A DNA stretch of 64,000 bases, taken from the NCBI RefSeq assembly GCF_009914755.1, contig NC_060936.1; one strand, given 5' to 3'. This DNA is from the human T2T-CHM13v2.0 reference genome, Homo sapiens. Under the pieces are notes generated by a model. That model was not told the DNA's origin and made no database searches. It saw nothing but the letters and a program-made list of their open reading frames with translations. Each line of letters opens with the position of its first letter. Positions within the stretch are counted from its first letter, which is position 1. Both the position numbers and the translations under genes were made by a program. Below are positions 1 to 11,976 of the stretch, piece by piece.

Positions 1-224
<224 letters not shown>

Positions 225-335
225 TAAAGAATAAATGAAATGAAATAAGGTAGACATTCAAAATACAGTCACTACCTTCATATTAATAAAGTGAAAACAA
301 GGCTAAAGAGTAAATAAGGGGAAAAAAACACATAC

Positions 336-445
336 CATGTTCACCGCATCTTGATCAAAAGGGTTCCATTCTATATTCTGAGGATAGTGGGCGAGAACTT
401 TGGATTTGAATGTTCTTTTCAAAGGACTCTGGTCAAAATTTTCGC
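336..445 (-). CDS. DENND5B: DENND5B coding exon 2 (110 nt; phase 1 in, phase 0 out), (G)[36 protein letters not shown], start of the uDENN domain
   Basis: Reverse complement reads ttgttgtag|GCGAAAATTTTGACCAG...GCGGTGAACATG|gtatg with canonical AG/GT. The translation matches recalled DENND5B residues 43-79 and is close to DENND5[38 protein letters not shown]. Confidence 0.95.
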
Positions 446-1097
446 CTACAACAAATAATACATAGTTAATATCTAGAACTTTTCCAAAAGCATGTCATAG
501 TTTTCTATTTATTTTATAGTCCTACTACTGACTGATAATATTGAGATCTGATTCAATTTCTGCCTCTAACCATCTGTATTGTAAAATCCCGATGGACAAC
601 TAAAAAACTGTTAACAACAGAGCAGCATTTAAAACTTCAGAATCTGAATTTTAAAATCCTGGCTACTCAACTGATACTAAAAATCAAAATATGGTAATAT
701 AATCATTGCTGTAACCTAATTATGGTCCACATTTCAGTGTGTGGTAATAATAAACTATATGAAAACATTTACTTCAGAAAAGAAAAGTCTTACATTAAGC
801 TAATCATATGTCTTATGATCCTAAAATTTTATACACACTTAGACCCCCATGCTACAGTGCTCAAAGGAAGCAATTTTGCTTGAGTTTCCACAAAAATCTC
901 TGAGAAATGTGATTGCATATCCAGGTTCTCCAGTAACAAAATTAACAGAATTAGAAACATCATTGCTGAGTCATCCTGTTTAGTAGACAGAACACATTAA
1001 ACATACTAACCTTTTAAAATAAATGAGCTATCCTAAGTTAAATTCATTATCTGGCAAAATTCTGGAAACATAAAAGTAGGCTACATTTTAATTACTA

Positions 1098-1277
<180 letters not shown>

Positions 1278-2174
1278 TCAATAATAGCTATCAGATTAGT
1301 TTTTTTAACCTCCTCAACCAGAGTAATTCCCTTAAGACCTATTATCCCTAAATGTTTTAGTTTCATGAAATATTTTAAGGTAGACGGATCTTAAATTCCC
1401 AATGTCAAAAATTTGGGATCAAGGAACGAGAAGATCTTGCAACAATTTTATTGTGTTGTGTGTTTTCCTACTTTTAGAGTTCTAATTAAGTGCAAAATAC
1501 TAGCTGTTACAGCAAAAGATAAATGTCACTTTACCAGTATTTATACTATTAAAAATATCACAAAGCAATTTGATTTATGAATTGTATTTGACTTCTAGTT
1601 AGACTCAGTTTCTATTTTGGGTAAAAATATGAAAAAAAAAAACCACCTTGGAATGCAAAACAGATCGCAGAAGGACGAAAAAGTCACACTCAAAAATCTT
1701 GCTGGAGACAACAATATAAAATACATAGGAATTTTTTTGAACAAGGACACATAATTTAAATATATTTGCTTAGGCAACTAAACTACTATTTCTAACTGAA
1801 GTCCTTGGCTAATGATCATTATTTTCTTTAGATTCCTCTGACTTATTTAGGCAAACATTTCATCTCTGTATTTTTCTACTCCATACTTCCATCTTCTAAG
1901 AGTTGAGAGCATTCATTTCTAGAAGAGAAATTGTCAGACATCCTTAAGGAGAGTTTATCAATTTTTGCACCAAGCTTCTAGAGTATGTAAGCATCAAAAA
2001 GTCAGCAGAGGAATGTGAAACTGTCCATGAGAGTCAATGTGGCTGAAGAACAGATTCAGGGCTCAGAACTGATTTCAGGAAGAGTCCATGATGTTTTTAA
2101 GCTGATGCTAGATTTTCCTGTGAACACTAAGAAATTGTAAATTATTCACTTCTTCATTTAAAAAAAAGTTACTT

Positions 2175-2272
2175 GGCCAGAATGTGGTGGCTCATGCCTG
2201 TAATCCCAGCACTTTGGGAGGCTGAGGTGGGCAGATCACTTGAGACCAGCAACATAGTGAAACCTCATCTCG
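2175..2272 (+). mobile_element. Alu left-monomer fragment with internal deletion
   Basis: ggccagaatgtggtggctcatgcctgtaatcccagc...aaacctcatctc. Confidence 0.8.
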
Positions 2273-2552
2273 AAAGAAAGGAAAGTAAGGGGGAGCGGCA
2301 TGGGGAGGGTGGAGGGGGAGGGGCATGGGGAGGGGGAGGGGCATGGGGAGGGGAGGGGCATGGGGAGGGGAGGGGCAGCGGAGGGGGCAGGGGGGGCAAG
2401 GGGAGGGGGAGGGGCAGTGGAGGGGGCAGGGAGGGGCAAGGGGAGGGGTAGGGGCAGGGGCAGGGGCAAGGGCAGGGGGAGGGGGCGGGGAGGAGAGGGG
2501 AGGGGAGGGAAGGGAAAGAAAGAGAGGAAAGAAAGGAAAAGAAAAGAAAGAT
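2273..2552 (+). repeat. Purine-rich low-complexity tract with a (GGGGA/GGGGCA)n core and GAAA flanks
   Basis: More than 30 runs of three or more G in about 230 bp, directly visible. Confidence 0.95.
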
Positions 2553-3233
2553 AGATTGATTTTTTAGGTTACTTTTCATTTCACTTTAGAGAAAAAACAA
2601 AATTCCTCCCAGTTATAGTCTAAGCTGCTGATAGTGTACTGACACAGCAACAGCGTAACTTCATGATAGCCATCAAGAAACCCTCTCCTTCACCTACCCT
2701 CTAACACCAGAAATACTTGCTTTTATTATCCACAAATGTAAATAAAATATGAAACACTGCAGAAGCAGAAGAAACAAGACATAACCTATCATAAAACTCC
2801 TTGCAACACTTACCTTTTAATTCAGTCCTGCCTGTGTATAGTTAAAATAACATTATCTTCATTCATGTATCAAGTTATTAATGGGACAGGAGATATATCA
2901 GAAAGGTCATGAAAGTGCCATTCTCAATATAATTGTTCTGTTAACTAAGGAACATTGCACCTTCTTGACACACAAAGAATCAACAAGAAGGAAACCACCT
3001 CCAGAAAGAAATAATTTTACAAAAACAAAAAAAGCCACAAAACAGTAACAAATCTAACAAAAGAAAAGCAAAACCACCACCACCACTGCTTATTAGACTG
3101 CTTAAAAAAGGGGTAACAGGAAAGATCATTGCTATATATACACAGCTGTCTTGGCAAATATGATTTGGAAGGATATTAGGGGAAGAACTAACTATGTAGA
3201 AATTCTGATATCACTGTTAAGAATTCAGAAATG

Positions 3234-3634
<401 letters not shown>

Positions 3635-4149
3635 CTATACTTCTCATTTTAAACACAAGTTTTACCTCTAACTTAGAATTTACTGCTGGGGAAAAAAAAC
3701 AGGAAAATAACCAAGTCTAAGAATTTGGATTCCCAGGAAATGAAAAATTACATAAGCATCCTGTACTTAAAATTTACCTTTTAAATATTATCTTGAAACA
3801 AACAAGGACTATAAATTTGTACGACTGCTACAACTACATATCAACTTAACTCCAAGTAACACTGCCAAATAACCTCCTACTAAATTGAAGCTGCAATTAA
3901 TCCTTTCCTCCTAAGAAAGTAGGAAATATCTGCCAAGAGAGCTTAAAGACTACTGAATACATGTTTTCAAGGCTTGAAGCAAATGAAGTCTTTATGAAAA
4001 TTAAGATGCAGATGAGAGAAGAGAAACATAAAATAACATCTACAAGTCTGACCAAGCAAAACTGAATAAAGAAACATTTATAATGGGCTTGCAGTCAATT
4101 AAAATAATGATTTATAATAGCCCATCCTTGTTCTTAATTTTATTTTTAC

Positions 4150-4215
4150 CTGAAGTCGTATTTGCAGCACCTTGGCTCTTGCCATGACGATCTGCTTCTA
4201 GCCATTGGTACAAAA
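4150..4215 (-). CDS. DENND5B: DENND5B 66-nt symmetric (phase 1-1) cassette exon, (V)LYQWLEADRHGKSQGAANTTS(G)
   Basis: U-rich tract then tgtag|TTTTGTACC...ACTTCAG|gtaaaa. Length is divisible by 3 and the frame joining exon 2 has no stop. Positionally equivalent to DENND5A [24 protein letters not shown] before GENF. Confidence 0.88.
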
Positions 4216-4551
4216 CTACATAATGTAACAGAAACAAAAAAGCTTTATGAACAAATAAAAACAAACAAAAAGCAAAAATGACTTTGAAGAATGGAAAATG
4301 AGAATAATTAACCAAAAGCAATCACACAGGAGACATTAACATTAGAATGTAGCTTAACACCAATGGAATGTAGCTGATAAGGGATTAGTAATGAAAGCAA
4401 AGAGAATAGGTAATTTTAACAAAATAAGTGAAATGCTATTAAATATCTCTAACAGGTTTTGTATGGGAAATAGCACACATATTCTCTTCTTAATGCTTAC
4501 TTAAAGAGGAATATTAGGAGAAAGCTAATGCTTCTATAGTCAGATATCATA

Positions 4552-4748
4552 CAAGTTGAGTATCCCTTATCCAAAATGCTTAGGACCAAGAAGGGTTTTG
4601 GATTTCTGACTGTTTCAGATTTTGAAATATTTGCATTATATTTACAGGTTGAGCATCCTTAATTAGAAAATTGGAATACTGGCACTCAAAAAGTTCAAAT
4701 TTTGGAGCATTTTAGATCTCGGATTTTTGGATTAGGAATGCTCAACCT
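4552..4748. mobile_element. Tigger4 (Zombi/MER46-type) non-autonomous TcMar DNA transposon
   Basis: ta|caagttgagtatccc... terminus, internal caggttgagcatcc, end ...ggaatgctcaacct; matches recalled Tigger4 consensus. Confidence 0.75.
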
Positions 4749-4936
4749 AAAAAGTATGACAGTAAGACTAAATGACCAACTTTAAAAATTAAAGAGCATC
4801 CCTAATTAGAAAATTAGAATACTGGCCTCAAAAAGTTTCAAATTTTGGAGTATTCTGGATCTCAGATTTTTGGATTAGGAATGCTCAACCTAAAAAGTAT
4901 GACAGTAAGACTAAATGACCAACTTTAAAAAATTAC
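4651..4936. repeat. Tandem duplication, two copies of about 143 bp
   Basis: gagcatcc...aattagaaaatt...ctcaacctaaaaagtatgacagtaagactaaatgaccaactttaaaaa present at 4651 and at 4794. Confidence 0.92.
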
Positions 4937-4941
4937 ATCCT

Positions 4942-5243
4942 GGCTGGGCATGTTGGCTCACAACTGTAATCTCAGCACTTCGGGAGGCCGAGGCAGGTGA
5001 ATTGCTTGAGGTCAGGAGTTCGAGACCAGCCTGATCAACATGGTGAAACCTCATCTCTACTAAAAATACAAAAATTAGCTGGGCATGGTGGTGGGTGCCC
5101 ATAATCCCAGTTACTCAGGAAGGCCAGGCAGGAGAATTACTTGAACCCAAGAGGTGGAGGTTGTAGTGATCTGAGATCATGCCACTGCACTTCAGCCTGG
5201 ATGACAAAGTGAGACTGTCACAAAAAAAAAAAAAAAAAAAAAA
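4942..5243 (+). mobile_element. AluSx-like
   Basis: Full dimer, TSD aaaaattacatcc. Confidence 0.92.
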
Positions 5244-5624
5244 ATTACATCCCAACCACTGCATATTGATTAGAATGGCTTAAGTCCCAAAAGCTGACTA
5301 TACCAAATATTGACAAGGATATGAAGTGACAGTAATTCTCATTCACTGCTGATGAGAATGCAAAATTGTACGGCCACTTTGGAAGAGAGTTTGGCAATTC
5401 CTTACAAGGTTAAACAGTCTTATCACAGAACCCCATAACGCCAGTCTAATCATAAGAAAAACATCAAATTCCAGGAGGAGTAACCTATAGTATATCTGAC
5501 AAGTACTCATCAAAACTATCAAGGACAACAAAAACAATGAAAGTCTGAGATTCTGTCATAGCCAAAAGGAGCCTAAGTAGACATGACAACTTATGGGGAT
5601 GGGATACCTCAACAGAAAAAAGAC

Positions 5625-5996
5625 TGATATGGTTTGGCTATGTCCTCACCCAAATCTCACCTTGAATTGTAGTTCCCATAATCCCCACACACCGTGGGAG
5701 GGACCCAGTGAGAAGTAATTGAATTATGGGGTTGGTTACCTCCATGCTGTCCTTGGGATAGTGAGTTCTCACAAAATCTGATGGTTTTATAAGGGGCTTT
5801 CCCCCACTTCACTCTGCACTTCTCCTTGCTGCTGCCATATGAAGAAGGATGTGTTTACTTCCCCTTCCGCCACAATTTTAAGTTTCCTGAGGCCTCCCCA
5901 GCCCTATGGAACTGTGAGTCAATTCAACCTCTTTCCTTTATAAATTGCCCGGTCTCAAGTCTATCTTTATTAGCAGCATGAAAACAGACTAATACA
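5625..5996. mobile_element. THE1 (THE1C/D-like) solo LTR, ERVL-MaLR, inserted in an old L1M 3' fragment
   Basis: tgatatggtttggct...cccaaatctcaccttgaattgtagttcccataatcccc...aacagactaataca. Confidence 0.88.
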
Positions 5997-6016
5997 AGAA
6001 TATTAAGTAAAAACTA

Positions 6017-6368
<352 letters not shown>

Positions 6369-6578
6369 TTAGCAATAATGTATCAATATTTATTCATTAA
6401 TTATAACTAATGTACCATACTACGAGAGGTTAATGATAGGGGAAATTGTGTGTGTGGGGTGAGGCAAGTATATGGGAACTCCATTCTCAATTTTTCTGCA
6501 AATATAAAAACAACTTTATTTTAGAAATTACATTCCAGTATTTAAGGTAAAAACACCAGCAACATTATATTCAATCTT

Positions 6579-6920
<342 letters not shown>

Positions 6921-7820
6921 TCATGTTTATCAATGCAAACATAAGCTGAAATTTGCTTTATACTGATATCCCATTTCGTCAATAATATTCCTAAGCATAA
7001 TTATAAAGTGTCAACTCTTGGAGGAAAGTTTACTACTGTAACGACACAGGCTATAACTTAGCAGCTTTGAAGAGTGTAAAAACTTCTGAATGTCTTTTAT
7101 TGGTTACTCAGATGTCTAAAACTCAGATATCTTTAAAGAGATGTCAGAGTCTTTCTTTTAAATAGTCAATAATGATAATGTAGGGTACCAATGGCCAAGA
7201 GAGCTTGCTATCCACACCCCCAACGTTTGATGATCCAAGGACAGCAACAAATATTAAGCTTCTACGCTGGGGGGCTACTTACCCACAGATACTGTGAGAA
7301 CTGAATATCCCAAACAAGGTTTACAGAAACCTTTCATACTCTCTCCTCAACAAAAACAACAAAGGGCTGAGAAAGCTGCCTACAGAACTGAACTAGAGTA
7401 ATAAAGGAATCGGTTTATTACAAATATCTAAGAGAACCCTGAAATCATCAAAGTGGTTACTTAGATCTCTGAGGAACAGCCAGGGCTGTGAACTGACATC
7501 CATGGTCATGGATAGATAGCTGAAAGACCTCTGAGCAAACATCCAAGTCCTTGGTTAAGGGTGCCACAGAGGGCACAGAAGTCAGCACCCTCCTCCAGAA
7601 ACACACTTCTGGGAGGGAAACAATTGTTACATATGGGACTAGCATGAAAGAATTCAAGAAGGAGACCTCAATAATTAAATATATACTACAGGTATTTCTC
7701 TTCCCTTTAGTTTACAGGGATAACAGCTACTCATGAGAGGAGGAGAGAGGGGAATTACACTATGACACAAAAATCTCCCCGTTAGGAAAAGCAAGCATGA
7801 GCTTTACAATTGACAATGAA

Positions 7821-8117
<297 letters not shown>

Positions 8118-8351
8118 TCACTTCCACAAAATGAGATGCAAAGTAGGGAAACAAATCCATTAACTGGTCTAACAATTTTGCCCAGCTCCTATCTTAAGCC
8201 TGTATTTTCCCCTGATTAAGGCAGAAACTCTTGGCTATGTTCAGGTTATCACTAGGAATATTTACCAATAGTTCCAATTACTTCACATAGTCCTCGTTTC
8301 CGGTTTTATCAGAGAGGTTTATCATGTTTGATTTCATGTCTCACTGATAAA

Positions 8352-9315
8352 ATCATAGTCTGTTTCTGACCAGAGACTTTCTCCAGAAAACAAAGCTAAG
8401 TCTCACACTATTTCCCTCTCTTCCTGTCCTGACAGGTAACCCCAGAAGCCTAGTTTTAAACAAAATCATTAATAAAATGAGACATGAAAGCTATTCCAGG
8501 TCAATTTAACCAGTTATATAGAGAACTACACATAAGCAAAAATCATTTTAATAGATTTACATATTCAAATATTTCATCCTTGCCTCTAGATTACCAAAGT
8601 CCAATTAACTTCAGTTTAAATAATTCAGAGAATTTCCAGTGAAATAAGTACATCTGATTCAAGTGCGCTATAACGTAAATCACCATTTATATAAAGTTTG
8701 GACTTTAAAGTCTACTTTATAGGACATATATTTAAACAGATAATGTATAATTTAAAAAGAAGTGTGACTAATTTTTTAACTTAACATACTAGAATGTACA
8801 TGGGCAGCTCTGGAAATACTGAACTCCTAAAATTTCTCAATCTCCATAAAATACATGAAATATAGCACAAAAGTTCTGCTACTATGAATGTAGATGATGT
8901 TAGAATGCCAAGAACACATCTCTCTTCACCAAAGGAATATGAGATCTGGCCTTCTGGTTGCTTCACGCTTCCTCTCAGTTGGCAGTGGAAATAGGGACCC
9001 CATCCCCAGCTCAAAGTTACTGGTAGAGATTTCTATAGCATGCTTGTGGGGTTGCAAATGAAGAGGAATATTTGAGATTTATGAACCTTGGGGGCTGTTT
9101 TTCAGCCTGATCATCATGGTTAAATATTTCTTCACTCACTCTCCTCCCTAAACCTTCCCACTAGGAGGGCCCCAGTAAGTTACCTCCTGCACTATCCACT
9201 TCCATCATAGCCTGTTTGTGACCAGAGACTTTCTCCACAAAACAAAGCTAAGTCTCACACTATTTCCCTCTCTTCCTGCCCTGACAGATAACCCCAGGAG
9301 CCTAGAAGTTTTAAA
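8352..9315. repeat. Local direct duplication of about 110 bp (8352..8460 and 9204..9315)
   Basis: atcatag.ctgttt.tgaccagagactttctcca.aaaacaaagctaagtctcacactatttccctctcttcctg... occurs twice. Confidence 0.92.
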
Positions 9316-9319
9316 GAAA

Positions 9320-9620
9320 ATCTGCTTCTGGGTGGGGGTCAAACGATTAGTTCTTGCCAATGATATGTGGGCAGCAATGACGTCATTTCCGGGTCAAGGC
9401 ACACAATCTATCTTTCCTCTGCCATCTATCAGCTAAATGCAAAGGAGGCCTTAAAAGATGGACAGTTCTCAAAGTGGAAGAAAGTTGAGTCACTAAATAT
9501 CTTTGTGAAGTAGAGTGCCTCCCACCTTGGCCTACATTACACTAAACGTGAATGAGAAAAACTTTTATTGTCTCATGCCACTGAAGTATTATGGGGTTGT
9601 TATTACAGCAGTTAGCTATT
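9320..9620. mobile_element. Old MLT1-type MaLR LTR fragment
   Basis: aatgagaaaaacttttattg...gccactgaa...ggggttgttattacagcagttagc. Confidence 0.55.
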
Positions 9621-9769
9621 CATGTGTTTACTAGCCTGAGTTTTTATTTGTGTTCGTTTTGACTTTCTGACTATAATACTAACCCCTGACTATATCGTAC
9701 CTTCTATTGGTAACTGTCTACATTGCTTGTTACATGTTTAAATACACGAGTACAGTTCTCCAAGTATAA

Positions 9770-10077
<308 letters not shown>

Positions 10078-10383
10078 CAGAATTTGCCCATTTTTAATGC
10101 ATGTTCTCCACCTTTCATAGAAAAAGCCATATATCCTACTAAGCTATTTATGAAGACCACAGGTTCTAGCCCATGACAAGCTTGTTATCCTTTCTAAACA
10201 CACAACCCCCAAATCTAGTCAGCAAACTTGAAGGTCTAGGGTGATGGTCATGAAAGGAATCAAACAAAAGAATCTTGGAGGGGTCTCTGCAAATTCATCG
10301 ACTCCATTAAGGAATATTCAACAACACAGAAACTTAAATCCAGGTAATATTAAAGTTTATTTTAATTAATTAATTAATTAATT

Positions 10384-10675
10384 GTTTTTTTGAGACAGAG
10401 TCTCACTCTGTTGTTGTCCAGGCTGGAGTTCAGTGGCACGATCATGGCTTACTGCTGCCTGGACCTCCCAGGCTCAAGTGATCCTCTCACCTCAGCCTCC
10501 CACATGGCTAAGACTACAGGCATATACTCTCATGCCTGGCTAATTTTTAAAACATTTTTGTAGAGGCAGGGTTTCGCCACACTGCCCATGGTCTTGAACC
10601 CCTGGGCTCAAGTGATCTGCCCGCCTCAGCCTCCCAAAGTGCTGGAATTACAGGCATGAGCCACCTTGCCTAGAC
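10384..10675 (-). mobile_element. AluJ
   Basis: Antisense Alu dimer. Confidence 0.88.
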
Positions 10676-10845
10676 TTAGTTAAGATTTTAGTAAGAGTAC
10701 ATCAACATCAATCCAGTAAGCTTTGAGTTTTTAAGAGATTCACAATATCTTTCCTCTTGATTATATCAAAATTAAAGAGCCATGTTATATTTACCTAACA
10801 CTAAATATAGTTTCTCTTTTTAATTTATTATTTATTTATTTTTTT

Positions 10846-10946
10846 AAAGGCCAGTCAAGTGAAGCAGTGGGAGTGGAGAAGGAACAAAGAAATCTGTAAC
10901 TGATTGTAATGAATTAGTTATCAACACCACTGCACTCGGACCTGCC
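10846..10946 (-). pseudogene. Y3 RNA (RNY3) retropseudogene, full length with A-rich tail
   Basis: Reverse complement GGCAGGTCCGAGTGCAGTGGTGTTGATAACTAATTCATTACAATCAGTTACAGATTTCTTTGTTCCTTCTCCACTCCCACTGCTTCACTTGACTGGCCTTT has about 7 mismatches to recalled hY3. Tail at ~10813..10845; degenerate TSD taaatatagtt/taaatacactt. Confidence 0.92.
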
Positions 10947-11009
10947 TAAATACACTTGCAATTACTAAAATTTATTCACTGAAAACCAAAATTTCACAAC
11001 ACAGTTATT

Positions 11010-11722
11010 CTGTTTCAATCTCAACTGAGTGTACTGCAATCCGATTCTCTCATCAGCCACCCAAAGTTAGCACAGACCCCACAAGTAAAAGGGTACGCTC
11101 CCAAATAGGCGTGCCCTTATTTCAGACACCAGCCACACTTTGGAAGTCCCAGGCTACCTGCACTTCTAACAGACTGGCTATAAATTTGAGAGTTTCCACA
11201 AGTCCCTCAGGTACACTAAATTCACTAGAGCTTGCAGGACTCAGGAAAGTGATGTATTTACAATTACAGTTTTCTTACAAAGGACACAAATCAGGATGAC
11301 CAATCAAATGAAGAGATATATAGGGTAAGATCAAGGAGAGAATGCAGAGTTTCCATGCCTTCTTCTTGTGGAAAAAGGGCATGTCACCTACTTTCCCCTG
11401 CGCATACATCAGTGTTTTCACCAACCAGGAAGTTCCACTAAATCTCAGTGTCCAGAGTTTTTACTGGCTTTACTACATATGCACAACTGATTAAATCATT
11501 GGCTACAAGACTAAGCTGAATCTCCAACTCCTTTCCCTCTCCAGAGGCCAGGTTGGTTCAGAGTCCCAACCACATAGTTGGTCCTTCCAGAGACAGCGCC
11601 TATCCTGAAGCTATCCAGAGGCCCATCATTAGTTACCTGATTAGCATAACATTCCCGTCGTCACTCAGGAAATTCCAAGGGTTTGAGAAGTTCAGGAAAC
11701 ACAGACAAAGACCAGACAAATT
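11010..11722. mobile_element. MER21-family ERVL LTR
   Basis: gcacagaccccacaag...ttcagacaccagccac...cacttctaacagactggctataaatttg...ggactcaggaaag. Confidence 0.7.
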
Positions 11723-11723
11723 C

Positions 11724-11976
11724 CTTTTTTTTTTTTAGAGACAGGCTGCAGAGCAGTAGTGCGATCATAGCTCAGCAGCCTCAAACTCCCGCCTCAGCCT
11801 TCCTTGTAGCTAGGACTACAGGTGCACGCCACCATGCCCAGATGAGTTTTTATTTCTATTTTTCATGGAAACAAAAAAATAAAAATGTTTCTTGGCCTCA
11901 AACTCTTGGCCTCAAGTGATCCTGCCTGGGCCTCCCAAAGCACTGGCATTAAAATCATTTGCCACTGCACCTGGCC
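11724..11976 (-). mobile_element. AluJ (internally deleted)
   Basis: Antisense Alu. Confidence 0.8.

Noticed and set aside
2173-2579. Five overlapping Gly/Arg- or Pro-rich ORFs
   Set aside because: Artefacts of the stop-free G-rich low-complexity tract.
3683-3703. gctggggaaaaaaaacag resembles the end of the micro-insertion at 21640
   Set aside because: Short, low-complexity match with no TSD; most likely chance.
4112-4321. 69-aa ORF as a standalone gene
   Set aside because: Only 4150..4215 is exon; the rest is intronic read-through of splice-site flanks.
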